Shown: positions 9,310 through 19,580, counted from the stretch's first letter. The stretch: 58,615 bases of DNA from Candidatus Omnitrophota bacterium (GCA_023227925.1 JALOCE010000002.1:1-58615), one strand, 5' to 3'. A program made the numbers and translations. Notes: a model not told the origin generated them from the sequence alone.

Positions 9310-10778
9310 TCACGCTAATAATTCCTCGCCGGCAATCTTCAGAAACGCGCACGTCTCGTATTGGAACGGCGCGGGTGGCGGCGCGATCGAACTCAGCGCC
9401 TTGATATTTTTTGGCGGCAGAATGAGATCATGATCCAGTTTCTCGCCCGATCCGAGCTGGTTAATCACGTTGGCGTGCATCGCGATCAGATCATGCTGCT
9501 GCGCGCCGCGCTCGCCGAATACCGAGAGCGATGGCTCAAATAGATGCGCGACTGACGTCCCGCGCGACTTCGCGATAAGCACGAGGCACGCTTCATAATA
9601 CGATAGATAAACGCTCTCCGGGATCACCGGCCCGCTCGCGACGTGCGGGAAATATTTCGCGCGCAAATAGCACCCGATAAAGTATTTCAGCAGGCCCTGG
9701 ATATTGATCGCGCGCACCTTTTGCGCCACCGCCGCCGCGCCGAGCGCGAAACTATGATATCCCGCGTAATTGCGACGATTAACGAACGCGATGAGAGTCG
9801 CCGGCGGACTGCCCACCGTCGCGATCATATGCGCGTCGATTAGATCAATCAGCGGATAGAATTTGCGCGGATTCTTTGCCGCCGAGTACGTTTGGATTGT
9901 ATCGCGGTGCGCATATATCTCGACGAGCTCATACGGCACGTCAACGAGAATAAATCGCGCGCCATCATCATCTCCCGCGGATCGCGATTCCGCGACCTGT
10001 ATATCGCGCGCGGTTGGTATGCGCCGCAAATCCGGATCGCGCGCCGCGTCGGGATGCGCGCGGATCAGCGCGTTATAATAGAGCGAGTATGCCGCGAATC
10101 CGAACAGCAGAGAATGCGCGATTATTGCGCTCGGAACAGCGATTTGCGTCGTTTTCGGCACGCTCGCGGGCGCGCGCTCGAGCGGGTACGCCGCGAATAG
10201 CTTATTGAAGCGCGCGATATCTTTTTTCCATCGCGCGAACACAACCTCGCGCGGCGCGCCATCGTATGGATACGATAGGCTGGAGTGTTGGTCCGAGAAT
10301 TGAAAATGCGGATGCACAATGCGCATACCATCGAACGCGAGCGTCGGAATGCGATCGTAGAGCTCGCGCGGCAAATAAGTGACGTCCGCGACCCAATTAT
10401 TATCGCCCACCGACACGCGCATTGTGCGCGGAAACTGCGCGCGCGTGCCGTAAACCGTCGCGTGCGGAAGTCGCGCGGATAATATGTTCACTATTTCGCG
10501 CGCGGTCTCGACATGCGCGGGCGACCAAAAATCAAAGTCGGGCAGATCGTCGTCCGCGTAGATCTTATCGCCGCGCAGACGCAGCGCGTAATCAATCGCG
10601 ATGCCGCCGTAGAGAATGCAGCCGCGCGTCTGTATGTATTTTTTTATCTCGTCCTGCGCGAGAAGGACGTCCGCGTAGTTGGGCTGATGCTCGGCGGCGA
10701 TATTCTTGAACGCGCCCGCATCGAGATCAGCATCCATTCGCGCGGCGAGTTGGCACGCGGTGGCGCCTCCATCCATCA
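9310..10778 (-). CDS. Pol-beta-type nucleotidyltransferase, poly(A)-polymerase-like
   Basis: ILYGGIAIDYAL ... LPDFDFWSP fits the hGG-x(n)-D-x-D NTase signature. ATGATG at 10778 is preceded by GGAATATATATCGCA. The longer track ORF is Arg-rich upstream read-through. Confidence 0.5.
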
Positions 10779-10856
10779 TTGCGATATATATTCCGCGCGC
10801 GTTATCGCTGACGGTCGCGCGAGAAAAAAAGATCGCGGCGGCGCGAGTGGCGCACA

Positions 10857-12002
10857 TTATTTCGCGGCCGGCGGCGCGTCTTTCTCGCAATAATGCAGGC
10901 AATCGTAGAGCCCATGCCCGACAGCGCCCAGTTGATGCCCGCGATAGATGAGCGATCCGAGCTCGACGCGCGTCATTTCGCATACGTCGAGAAGCGTTCG
11001 CTCGCGCACGGGCGCGGCAGCGCTGATGAGAATGCAATCCGCGATCATCCCGCGGCTTACGCCTCTCTCGGCCTCGAGAATATCCGCGTCCATCTTTGAC
11101 GTTCGCTCGCGCGCATATCGCATCGCGAAGTTGAGATACGCGGCGCCTATTTCGGGCGCGCGGGTAGCGGTCGCGGGAGTGACCGCTGTCGCGGTTGCTT
11201 CCGCGATAGCGCTCGTTCCGCGCTCGACAAAATGCGCGATTGATATGCCCGCGCGCACATATTCGCGCGCACGTTTGGGGCCAACGCCGGGGAATTGCGC
11301 GTACATTCGCCGCGTGTTATCCGCAATCGTCACTTCGATCGGCTCGGACGCGATTGAGCGCGGCGGCGCGGCGGCGCCCTCCGATGGTGGTCGCTCAATC
11401 GGAATAGATCCGAATTCCGCGGGATCGCATCGCGACCACACGCCGCCTTTCTTGAGCATCGAATTCGCACCCGAAACGAGCTCGCGCAGCCGCATCGCCG
11501 TGTCGCGCGGGTCGCGTGTTTCGATAACATGGACGCCGTCGCGCATCATGAGATGGTCGATCTTCGCGCGGATACTTTTGAGCGGAATTCCATCCGCACG
11601 CGCCGCTGGCCGCGGACCCTCGATTATTAGCGCCGGAATGAATCGCCCCCGCGGTCCTTCGGAATCATGGCGCGGCGAAACAGTGCCGCTGTCGCGCTGC
11701 GCGAGCATGCGCGCGATATTATCGATGCGACCATCCTTGAACGATGCCGCGAAATCGGCATACGTTTTGCGCTCGAGAATCATTATCGTCGCGAGCATGC
11801 GCGGCGCGATGCCATGCGCGCCCTCTTCGTACGCGATGAGCTCGAAATCGCCGTGAGTGAGGCGCCGCGCGGGATTTCCAAACGGTCCCGTATCGCCGTC
11901 GGGATGATCGTCATGCAAAATCTCGCCGACTGCGCGCTCGCGATAATCAACGAATAGAGTCGCGGCGCGTGGGCGCGCGTAATCGTGTGCGCTGGCTGAC
12001 AT
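10857..12002 (-). CDS. ERCC4 (XPF/Mus81-like) nuclease with C-terminal helix-hairpin-helix
   Basis: LFVDYRE, HGDFEL and ILERKTYADFAAS fit the GDxnERKxxxD signature. FPGVGPKRAREY is HhH-like. Confidence 0.75.
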   Translation of the reverse strand: MSASAHDYARPRAATLFVDYRERAVGEILHDDHPDGDTGPFGNPARRLTHGDFELIAYEEGAHGIAPRMLATIMILERKTYADFAASFKDGRIDNIARMLAQRDSGTVSPRHDSEGPRGRFIPALIIEGPRPAARADGIPLKSIRAKIDHLMMRDGVHVIETRDPRDTAMRLRELVSGANSMLKKGGVWSRCDPAEFGSIPIERPPSEGAAAPPRSIASEPIEVTIADNTRRMYAQFPGVGPKRAREYVRAGISIAHFVERGTSAIAEATATAVTPATATRAPEIGAAYLNFAMRYARERTSKMDADILEAERGVSRGMIADCILISAAAPVRERTLLDVCEMTRVELGSLIYRGHQLGAVGHGLYDCLHYCEKDAPPAAK

Positions 12003-12037
12003 AGGAGAGCGGTATTATTCCGCCGCACAATATAGAA

Positions 12038-14008
12038 ATGGAATACCGTCCCGCGGCGCTCGCGCACGCGGATATTTTTGAGAATTTCATCGACACGCAA
12101 CAATATCATGGGCATACGACCGAGGGCGGTCCGCTTCCCGCGTATCTGCTCACGCGCAAATTCGATGAGACGCCCGATACATTCGACGCGCATGCGTATT
12201 ATGACTTCTCGCGCCGCACGATCGCCGATTTTCGCCCTGATCCACCGCTATTCGAAAGCGAATCGCCGCGTGACACGCGCGGATGGAGTAAAACGCGGAT
12301 GAACGTGCGCACGACGGGCACGCGATCCGGCGCGGATCCGGCAGCGCATCCCGAAATGTTTCTCGGATTTATGGACGAGGATACGCGCACGCCCGGCGAC
12401 GATCATTTTCCAGCGTGGCGCATTGGCGCACAAATGGCGGCGCGCGCGCGATATTTGAAGCCGACGGAACCCGTGGGCGCGACTCATCTCAGCGAGGGTG
12501 TTCCCGGCGATATTGAGCCGGAAACGGCACGCGCGAAGAAATTACAAGAGGCGCGCGCGCGCGTTAAGCGCAATTTGCGTATATTCGGGCGCTCGATAGA
12601 GAATGATCAAGCGCGCGCGGGTCGCGATTGGGCAGTGCAGCCATGCGCGGGCGCATCTCAAAGCGCGGAAGAGCATGCGGGAGGCGCGCGCACGCAAGCG
12701 CCGGCGCGCGATGATGATGCGCTCGAAAGCGAAGAGACCGCAATGCGATCGCAACGGCGCGCCGAATATAATCCGCGCGACGAGAAACGCGGGCGCGTTG
12801 GAAGCGCGCGTCGCGGCGCGCCTGGTGGCGCCGCAACCCTCGCGGCTGCGCACGCGTGCGCGGTGGCGCCCGGTGGCGGGGCGGCGGATGTAATCGAGCG
12901 CGAATCAATCGCGCGCGACGCTGCGCCAGCGCGAATTGATGCTAGCGCGGCGGCAGACGCTGGTGCGCGCGCGATGAGACACAGCGCGCGCGGCGCATCG
13001 GAACCGCAGGGAACCCGCGCTGGCGATATTGCGGAAGTGCGCGGCGGTGCCAGTATTTGGCACCTCGCGCGCGATATGGCGGCAGTTGTTCGCGCGGCCG
13101 AGGGCGACATTTACGATGACGGCGCCGCTGCGGACCTGCGTCCGCGCGCGTGGCATTTGGACGATGGCGATCCGCTTGCGCTTCTCCATCGCGCGACCGC
13201 GCATGATGCCGAGCGCGCGCGAGATATTCTTGATATTGCGACGGAAATCGCGCGCCGCGGTGTGAATAATCCTTGGTCCGCGCCACACGTTGCGGTTCGC
13301 GGCGACGGTTCTCTCGGGCGCGCGCTCGGATGGTCCGGCGGTGCAGCGCGCGCGGCAGCGGTCGGCGATATCGCGGAACCAGCGTATCTCATAATTGACG
13401 CGCATCTCATGAAGCGCGCGTGCGGGAACGCGTCACCGCGCGAAGTGGATCTTATTCGCCGCCAAATGCTGACGGATGCGAAACGCGCGCCCGGATCGGA
13501 ACACGCGCTCGCGACTGCGGGCGCGATTGTCACGCGATTCGCAGGTGCGGTTCACGCATCGAGCCATACTGCGCGAGATATTGAGGCGGGCGCGGATGCT
13601 CTCGAATTACACAACGCGCGTGCCCTGCGCCCGGATGAATCCGCGCCCGCGTCATGGCATCGCGGCGCCGCGCGCAATATTGCGGCGCCCGAATTCATCT
13701 CGGCACCCGCGCGCCCAGACGCTCACGCGCGCGCGGCTGCGCCTCGCGGTGGTTCTCTTCCCGCGAGCGCTCTCGCGAGTGTAATGCGCGCGACGCGCAC
13801 TGATTCACTCGCGGCGGGGAGTACGCGCCGCGCTGCGCCAAATGTTTCCGGGCGCACATTCTCGCAATCGACCGCGCGACGAGGCGCACCCGCGGAATGG
13901 GCGGATCCTCTCGGCGAGAGAGAGCGCGCACCCGGCGGCGCGCGTTTGGGATTGCGCGTGCGTCGCGCCACGGCGCGCGATATGGCTGAGCCCGCGCTCG
14001 ACTTTTGA
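12038..14008 (+). CDS. hypothetical Ala/Arg-rich protein (656 aa)
   Basis: The ATG is preceded by CACAATATAGAA. It is divergent from 12002(-) across 35 bp. The N-terminal ~150 aa have normal composition. Confidence 0.55.
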   Translation: MEYRPAALAHADIFENFIDTQQYHGHTTEGGPLPAYLLTRKFDETPDTFDAHAYYDFSRRTIADFRPDPPLFESESPRDTRGWSKTRMNVRTTGTRSGADPAAHPEMFLGFMDEDTRTPGDDHFPAWRIGAQMAARARYLKPTEPVGATHLSEGVPGDIEPETARAKKLQEARARVKRNLRIFGRSIENDQARAGRDWAVQPCAGASQSAEEHAGGARTQAPARDDDALESEETAMRSQRRAEYNPRDEKRGRVGSARRGAPGGAATLAAAHACAVAPGGGAADVIERESIARDAAPARIDASAAADAGARAMRHSARGASEPQGTRAGDIAEVRGGASIWHLARDMAAVVRAAEGDIYDDGAAADLRPRAWHLDDGDPLALLHRATAHDAERARDILDIATEIARRGVNNPWSAPHVAVRGDGSLGRALGWSGGAARAAAVGDIAEPAYLIIDAHLMKRACGNASPREVDLIRRQMLTDAKRAPGSEHALATAGAIVTRFAGAVHASSHTARDIEAGADALELHNARALRPDESAPASWHRGAARNIAAPEFISAPARPDAHARAAAPRGGSLPASALASVMRATRTDSLAAGSTRRAAPNVSGRTFSQSTARRGAPAEWADPLGERERAPGGARLGLRVRRATARDMAEPALDF

Positions 14009-14047
14009 ATTTCGCGATGAGAATATTAGCAGCGCGCGGTCCATTCC

Positions 14048-15016
14048 ATGAGCGAAACAGTGATCACATTCAATCACGCGCGCGTTGTTTTCGCCGCCGA
14101 TGAGCCCGATGATATTGAATCATGGGCGCGCGAGAATAATATGCGATGCCCCGTATGCGAGCGCGTTCTCTCGGGCGCGCATGGCGATCGCGAACCACGC
14201 ATAATATGCACAGCGATCGCGATTTCGCCAACGGGAGCGGAATTTGGGCGCCTTACATCGGCGCGCGCTCTCTGCGCGAGTTATGTTCGCGCCAGCGTCG
14301 CGTGTGGCTCGTGCGCGGATTCCCTCGCGAATGCTGTCGCGCCAAAGCGCAGCGCGGAAATAATGGATATGGATCGCGCGCTGCGCATCATTTCGCGCAA
14401 AACGCGCGGTCGCGCGGGGGCGGCCCCGGTCGTTGAGTTCCCGCCGATGAGCGCGTCCGACTTTATATCGCATATTATCGCGCATGAAATGACTACGCGC
14501 GTGCGCCTCATTCTCGACCGCAAAGAGCTGCGAGAGAATGGCGCAGTCGCGGGTGAAATCGCGTACGTGTGCGCGCTCGCGCGGTCTCTTTTCTGCGCGC
14601 AGGACGATGGTCGCGCGTTTGACGCGATCAAGCGCGAGATTGCGTTCGCGCCGGGGACCGCGGAATGGTCGCTGTTCGGCGCGCTTGCCGGCGAATTCGC
14701 GGTCTACGCATGCGACGATGAGTTCGATAGTGTCGCGAATTCCACCTCTCCCGCGCGGCATCCATTCGAAGGCAGCGGCGCGGGCGCGATTTACTCGGGC
14801 GGCCGCGAGCTTTCCGTGTTCGAGACGGCGATTGTCTTGAGCGCGCAAATCGCGTTTCAGAGGCGCGCGGTTCCGCCCGAGCTCGTTTGCCAATTAATGC
14901 GTAGCGCCGAGGATACGCCGCGGATTGTATTCCCGGTCCAAGTGCGGCGGGCGCGCGACCAAAAAATAATCGTGCGCATCGGCGCCACGTTTGGTCCGCG
15001 ATTTGTGCTGATGTAG
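14048..15016 (+). CDS. hypothetical protein
   Basis: ATG is preceded by GAGAATATTAGC. T8 at 15041-15048 lies after the stop. Confidence 0.55.
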   Translation: MSETVITFNHARVVFAADEPDDIESWARENNMRCPVCERVLSGAHGDREPRIICTAIAISPTGAEFGRLTSARALCASYVRASVACGSCADSLANAVAPKRSAEIMDMDRALRIISRKTRGRAGAAPVVEFPPMSASDFISHIIAHEMTTRVRLILDRKELRENGAVAGEIAYVCALARSLFCAQDDGRAFDAIKREIAFAPGTAEWSLFGALAGEFAVYACDDEFDSVANSTSPARHPFEGSGAGAIYSGGRELSVFETAIVLSAQIAFQRRAVPPELVCQLMRSAEDTPRIVFPVQVRRARDQKIIVRIGATFGPRFVLM

Positions 15017-15040
15017 AGCACGCGCGCGCGGGTCCCCATC

Positions 15041-15048
15041 TTTTTTTT
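15041..15048 (+). terminator. T8 run 25 nt after stop of 14048..15016
   Basis: TTTTTTTT in GC-rich context. Confidence 0.45.
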
Positions 15049-15057
15049 CGCCGCGCG

Positions 15058-16074
15058 TCAATAATACTCGCCGCCCGCGATAACCTGCGCGCATCTCGTG
15101 CACGCGACGAATTCGCGCACGCATTCGTGGCGCGCGCATGGTCCATTCACGTCCGCGCAACACGCGTAACAGAACGCGCGCTCGCGCAATTCGCATCGCG
15201 CGATGGAGCCTCCGCAATCTCCTTCGCGATGTAGGCCGCGCCATATCGGCGGAATGCCCCATTTTCGCCCATCGAACACGATAAATTCATTCCATCGCAG
15301 CGCCTCGATCCGCGCGCATGCCGTCGCGACTTCTGTGTTGTATTGCGACCGCGCGCGCTCATCATCGCCACTCGCGCACGGAGTGCTTTCGCCACTCGCG
15401 CACGGAGTGCTTTCGCCACTCGCGCACGCAAGAAGTTCGGGCGCGATCGAATATATGCAATCCGCGGTGCGCGGAAACGCCTCGCGTTCGTCAATCGCGC
15501 CCGGTAGAACGAATTTTATCGTCGCGACGGTTGCGATATAGCGCGCGGTGCATAACATTCCGCGTCCGCTATCGATCCTGGCGCATATCGCGCGCGACTG
15601 AAGCAGTCGAATGCGCCGATAAGCAGCGGGAAATAATCGCGCGGCGATGTGAATATGCTCCGAACTTCCGATGCGGCACGGATGACCATCGCACGGATCA
15701 ATTCCGCGACACCAAAGCTCAAACGCGGGGTTGCGCGCGAGACGCTCGTATTCAGCGCGATCCGCGGGATCAATATCGCACCGCGCTGGCTCGGTCCGCG
15801 CGTGAATAATCGCGCTGGCGGCGAAGGATGATTCCGCGAGGGTACGCGCAAGTGTGAATGATGACAATACTCCGCGCGCGAGCGCGAGTGATGACTTTGC
15901 TTCGCTCGGGCGCGCGCTGGGAAATCCGCGGATAATGATATCGCTCGCGGTCGGCGCGTCAGCCTTGCGCGGCGTTGCCGTACTCGTTGCGCATTGCGCC
16001 ATTATGATCGCGGAATATAATTTCTCGCGCGCCCGTTCAATTTTCCACGCGGCGCTATTATTCGCGCGCATCAT
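15058..16074 (-). CDS. Cys-rich (zinc-finger-like C-terminus) hypothetical protein carrying the dispersed repeat in both orientations
   Basis: C-terminal CELRERAFCYACC..C..HEC..C..C cluster. ATGATG at 16074. Contains ASGESTPC x2-3 (sense variant) and ALARGVLSS (antisense copy). Confidence 0.55.
   Translation of the reverse strand: MMRANNSAAWKIERAREKLYSAIIMAQCATSTATPRKADAPTASDIIIRGFPSARPSEAKSSLALARGVLSSFTLARTLAESSFAASAIIHARTEPARCDIDPADRAEYERLARNPAFELWCRGIDPCDGHPCRIGSSEHIHIAARLFPAAYRRIRLLQSRAICARIDSGRGMLCTARYIATVATIKFVLPGAIDEREAFPRTADCIYSIAPELLACASGESTPCASGESTPCASGDDERARSQYNTEVATACARIEALRWNEFIVFDGRKWGIPPIWRGLHREGDCGGSIARCELRERAFCYACCADVNGPCARHECVREFVACTRCAQVIAGGEYY
15361..15430 (-). repeat. 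24-nt variant of the dispersed repeat (reverse on + strand), about 2.5 copies, peptide SGESTPCA
   Basis: CTCGCGCACGGAGTGCTTTCGCCA at 15371-15394 and 15395-15418. The reverse complement, TGGCGAAAGCACTCCGTGCGCGAG, resembles the right-edge unit GGCGATAGCACTTCGCGCGC. Confidence 0.8.
15854..15896 (+). repeat. dispersed repeat copy, forward on + strand, antisense to host gene 15058..16074
   Basis: GTGAATGATGACAATACTCCGCGCGCGAGCGCGAGTGATGAC is read by the minus-strand gene as SLALARGVLSSF. Confidence 0.85.
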
Positions 16075-16091
16075 ATAACAATCGCGCGAGA

Positions 16092-16781
16092 ATGGTTGCG
16101 CCAATCCTATCCGCATGCGCTATCCGCGCATCACTGACTTACATCGCCATTTTGTACGCGGCGCTCTCGGGAATCACTGCGCCGCTCTCGGAAACGCAGT
16201 TGATCGTCGCATGCGCCAGTGGCGACACGATGGAATGCGCGCTCGCCGCGCTGAATAAAACTGGCGCGGTCACGCGGTATCATTACGATCGCGGCCTCAT
16301 TTCGCGCGTGCTTGTTGGTGTGCGCGATGTTGAGCGCGTTTGCGTGCGCGATATGGATCACGATTCCGATTATGGTGCGCTCGCGTCGTGTGTGCGCGGG
16401 GATATTATCGAGCGCGGGCCCATCATTGCGAGCCGAATTTGCGGGCGTATCCTCGCGATTGATGTTATGCAAGAGAATTTCAGCGTGGTGGAGGTGCGCG
16501 CGGAACCGATAGATGGCGGCGAACCTGTCGTATTCATCGCGCCGCGCGCGGACGATGATTTCGAGGCCGCGCTGGGCGAATTTTGGCGCGCGGAAGCGTA
16601 TGACGCGATCGCCGAGGGCGCTGGCGCCAGCGCGAGCGACCAAATGATAAAGCGCCTATTGATTATCGCGACATCGCTCATCGGCGCGGTTTTGAGCGTT
16701 ATCGGCACGAAATGGGGCGCGAAATATGTCGCGAAATGCCGCGAGCACGCCGCAGCCGCGCCCGAGATGTATTTGGGTTAA
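16092..16781 (+). CDS. hypothetical protein with C-terminal TM segment
   Basis: ATG is preceded by CATCATATAACAATCGCGCGAGA. LLIIATSLIGAVLSVIG lies near the C-terminus. Confidence 0.5.
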   Translation: MVAPILSACAIRASLTYIAILYAALSGITAPLSETQLIVACASGDTMECALAALNKTGAVTRYHYDRGLISRVLVGVRDVERVCVRDMDHDSDYGALASCVRGDIIERGPIIASRICGRILAIDVMQENFSVVEVRAEPIDGGEPVVFIAPRADDDFEAALGEFWRAEAYDAIAEGAGASASDQMIKRLLIIATSLIGAVLSVIGTKWGAKYVAKCREHAAAAPEMYLG

Positions 16782-16851
16782 ACACGCGCAAAAAATGGAG
16801 CGCATGTGCGCGCGCATACATGGTGTATGCGCATAAACTGCCGCGCGCGCA

Positions 16852-17478
16852 TCAGCGACGCGCGTCCGCGATTATTTTTTGCACAATCGCATCCGCGCGC
16901 TCGTATAGCGCACTGAGGTCGCAATCATTCGCGATTTCATAATCAGCGTCGATCGCGTCGCCGGCTGTTTCCGACGCGTGTTCGTCATTCGCGCCGACGC
17001 CAACAGCGCGACGCACGCGAATGATCGCGCCGCCAAGATCGCGCAAAACTTGCGCCTCGTTCGGAAAGCGAACATCCGAGACCACGATTATATGTGGCGC
17101 GAGTGGGCGAATGATGCCGCGCGACGCGCTCTCTATGCGATCGCGCAAGCTACGCGCCCATATATCGGCGCCGATGGATGGAAATCGCGCGCCGAGGGTG
17201 ACGCGGAACATATCAGTGCCGACGAATTGCAATATTTCGCGCGGCGTCGCGCCCCAGCGCGGATCAATCTCGTCTTTGAGCGCGGATTCGAGCTGTGCGA
17301 CGCTAAAACCGAACACGTCGCGCGCGATCGCGCGAATAGGGTCCGCGACCGCGAGTTTGCGCGTGAAGTGGTCGGCGCCGTATCGAGCACAAATATAATC
17401 CGCGATCGTATCCTTCCCGGCGCGGCGGCGTCCCGTGATCCCTATCGTAATGGCGATACTCTGCGCGTCGGCGCTCAT
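16852..17478 (-). CDS. deoxynucleoside monophosphate kinase (phage T4 gp1-like)
   Basis: P-loop GITGRRRAGKDT and SDVRFPNE motif. ATG at 17478 is preceded by GGATATAGCCAAA and by AAATTGAAT (17503-17511, minus strand). Confidence 0.7.
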   Translation of the reverse strand: MSADAQSIAITIGITGRRRAGKDTIADYICARYGADHFTRKLAVADPIRAIARDVFGFSVAQLESALKDEIDPRWGATPREILQFVGTDMFRVTLGARFPSIGADIWARSLRDRIESASRGIIRPLAPHIIVVSDVRFPNEAQVLRDLGGAIIRVRRAVGVGANDEHASETAGDAIDADYEIANDCDLSALYERADAIVQKIIADARR

Positions 17479-17502
17479 TTTGGCTATATCCGCGCGGCGC
17501 GG

Positions 17503-17533
17503 ATTCAATTTGCGCGTCCAGGCGAAAATGAAT
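17503..17533. promoter_or_regulatory. back-to-back early-type promoter motifs: AAATTGAAT (minus strand, 17503-17511) for dNMP kinase and AAAATGAAT (plus strand, 17525-17533) for 17568
   Basis: Both lie ~30-40 nt upstream of the first ATG in their direction. Confidence 0.5.
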
Positions 17534-17567
17534 CGCGCGCGTCAAAAAAAACGAACTATCAGTTTTA

Positions 17568-18113
17568 ATGCCATCCCCTTGCCGCAATCATATCGAGGAA
17601 GAGCTTGCCGCGCGTGAAGAGCGCGCCGCGGAGGAAGAGGTGGTGCCTGATTTCCATATCGAGGACGAGGAGGTGCCCGATTTTGACGATGATGAGCCCG
17701 AATGGGAGCCCGCGCCGACGGGAATCGCGCTCGACGACTGGGTCCCGGGAATGGAGACGCGCGACGATTGGAGCGACGATACGCGCGCGATATGTGATGA
17801 CGATTACGCCTCCGAGGAAGACTACTCTGCGAGGATGAGCTGGATCAAAACCCCGGTCGGCGGTGATTACTCGTCCGACGATGATTCCGCGTGCGAAGTG
17901 AATCGCCAGCCTACGCCCGATGCGTACGCGACCGACGATGATTCCGCGTGCGAAGTGAATCGCCAGCCCACGCCCGAGGCTTTCGCGACCGAAGATCCAG
18001 ACGGCGGCGCGAGCGCGAGTGGCGATACTCCGCGCGCGAGTATGGAGCATTTCGCGCGGCCCATTCCAGCGCGCGCCGAGAGCGTGTCTCATCTTCTCGG
18101 CGAGGATATGTGA
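17568..18113 (+). CDS. acidic protein with internal 57-nt duplication and one dispersed-repeat copy
   Basis: It is the first ATG after AAAATGAAT (17525-17533). DDDSACEVNRQPTP is duplicated (17877-17920 and 17934-17977). SGDTPRAS at 18012-18041. T6 at 18221-18226. Confidence 0.55.
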   Translation: MPSPCRNHIEEELAAREERAAEEEVVPDFHIEDEEVPDFDDDEPEWEPAPTGIALDDWVPGMETRDDWSDDTRAICDDDYASEEDYSARMSWIKTPVGGDYSSDDDSACEVNRQPTPDAYATDDDSACEVNRQPTPEAFATEDPDGGASASGDTPRASMEHFARPIPARAESVSHLLGEDM

Positions 18114-18258
18114 ATAAATCATGCATTCGGGCGCGGGCGGGAGATAAAAAAGACGCGCCGCGCGAGGGCGATCGCGGAAGACCCCCCCCCTTTCAACAGC
18201 GAGAAGACACCAATTCTCTCTTTTTTCGCGCGCACGCGCGCACGGCCCCCTGCGCCGG

Positions 18259-18272
18259 AAAAAAAATTGAAT
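18259..18272 (+). promoter_or_regulatory. orphan AAAAAAAATTGAAT motif in the longest non-coding stretch
   Basis: The extended match AAAATTGAATTCGCC compares with AAAATGAATTCGCCC upstream of Skp1 (19581-19597). Confidence 0.4.
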
Positions 18273-18417
18273 TCGCCCTCTCTAAGCAGAGGTCACAATA
18301 CCATCGCACCGGGTGGCGTTGATGATCTCTAAAAATCCTCGCGGAAACGCGGGGGATGAGCCGCTCGCGCCTCGGCGCTTGAGCGACTCATCAAATTTTT
18401 TTTCGCGCGTGTGTGCC

Positions 18418-18840
18418 TCAAATGATGTCGGACATCGCCAGATTGGCGTATTCCGCATCGATACGCGGCGCGGCCGCGCAAGACATAAGCGCGGTGGGCA
18501 ATATAACGCGCGCGATTGCGGGCGCGCGCTCGAGCGCGAGCGCGAGTTGTTCAATAAACGCGCTCGCGATTGCCGGCGCGCTGAGAATTGCGCGCGGTAA
18601 TACAATCACCTCGCGCACAGAATCGCCAAACGTAATCGGCGCGGCGCCGGCGGGCGGCGGCAGCGGCTGCTGCTGCGCGTCATTTTCGCATCCATAAGCG
18701 ATAATAACGCGCGCGCACTCGATTGCAGACGCGCGCTCGCGCGGATAGTGCGCGATGCATAAACTGCGCGCGTAAATATCGTTACACGCGTTATCCGTGG
18801 TGGCACGCTCGATCGGGTTAATATTGGCGCTAATCATCAT
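18418..18840 (-). CDS. hypothetical protein (140 aa)
   Basis: ATGATG at 18840 is preceded by GCGCGAATAT. Confidence 0.45.
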   Translation of the reverse strand: MMISANINPIERATTDNACNDIYARSLCIAHYPRERASAIECARVIIAYGCENDAQQQPLPPPAGAAPITFGDSVREVIVLPRAILSAPAIASAFIEQLALALERAPAIARVILPTALMSCAAAPRIDAEYANLAMSDII

Positions 18841-18948
18841 ATATTCGCGCGGGACGCGTTTCGATGGTGAGGATGAACACCGCTCGGTGCGGAGGCGCTC
18901 ATTATAATGCGCGCGCGATAAAAAATGAAGCGCCGCGCGATCATTATA

Positions 18949-19539
18949 ATGAGCGTCTCGCGCGGGAACTTGCATCTGATAATCGGCCCAATGTTCTCGG
19001 GCAAATCATCGCTCATGCTGGGCGCGGTCGAGCGTTACGCGCGCGCGGGTCGCAAATGCATAATTATTCGCCATGGGCGGGACCATCGCGATGGTGAGCG
19101 CGCGACCATGCGGACGCACGCTGGGCATATTCACGATATGGTTCCGATCGCGCGCTCATCATCGCTCACGGATGCCGAAACTGCGCGCGCGATCGACGCG
19201 AGCGACGTCATCGGGGTTGATGAAATGCAGTTCTTCGCGATGTACGATGAGGACATTGCACGCGCGGTCGCGAGCGCAATAGAGGAGTGGTTGCTGCGCG
19301 GGAAGATCATTATTTGCGCCGGATTGGACGCGGATTGGCAGCGCGAACCATTCGCGGTCATAGCGCTGCTCGTGTGCGCTGCGGATCGCGTTACGAAATT
19401 ACTCGCCGTTTGCACGCGCTGCGGCGCGGATGCCCAGTGCTCGGCGCGCACGCTTTTCGACGACGCGTATTCCGATCCGGTCGGCGGCCGCGAGAAATAC
19501 GAGGCACAGTGTCGCGAATGCTATCGCGCCGCGATGTGA
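18949..19539 (+). CDS. TK: thymidine kinase (type II)
   Basis: IIGPMFSGKSS, VIGVDEMQFF and C-terminal zinc ligands CTRCG...CRECY. The ATG at 18949 gives the usual ~12-aa lead before the P-loop. The upstream ATG at 18925 lies inside an AAAAAATGAAG promoter-like motif. Confidence 0.9.
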   Translation: MSVSRGNLHLIIGPMFSGKSSLMLGAVERYARAGRKCIIIRHGRDHRDGERATMRTHAGHIHDMVPIARSSSLTDAETARAIDASDVIGVDEMQFFAMYDEDIARAVASAIEEWLLRGKIIICAGLDADWQREPFAVIALLVCAADRVTKLLAVCTRCGADAQCSARTLFDDAYSDPVGGREKYEAQCRECYRAAM

Positions 19540-19580
19540 TGCTGCGCGCGATTTATTTTTCGCAATGATACGCGCACGCG

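Noticed and set aside
15854-16078. Plus-strand ORF MNDDNTPRASASDD... (74 aa)
   Set aside because: It begins with GTG at the repeat and lies wholly inside the longer minus-strand gene 15058..16074, which has normal composition and a Cys-rich C-terminus. The copy is therefore interpreted as antisense, but this rests on strand choice and should be checked by RNA-seq.
18259-18266. A8 run as merely the T-run terminator of minus gene 18418..18840
   Set aside because: This is not fully rejected. However, the run continues into TTGAATTCGCC, matching the Skp1 upstream word over about 15 nt, so a promoter reading is preferred. Both roles are possible.
18114-18417. tRNA or other known RNA gene in the longest spacer
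   Set aside because: No cloverleaf-compatible arms or T-loop (GTTCGAATC-like) sequence is visible. Only short hairpins are present.
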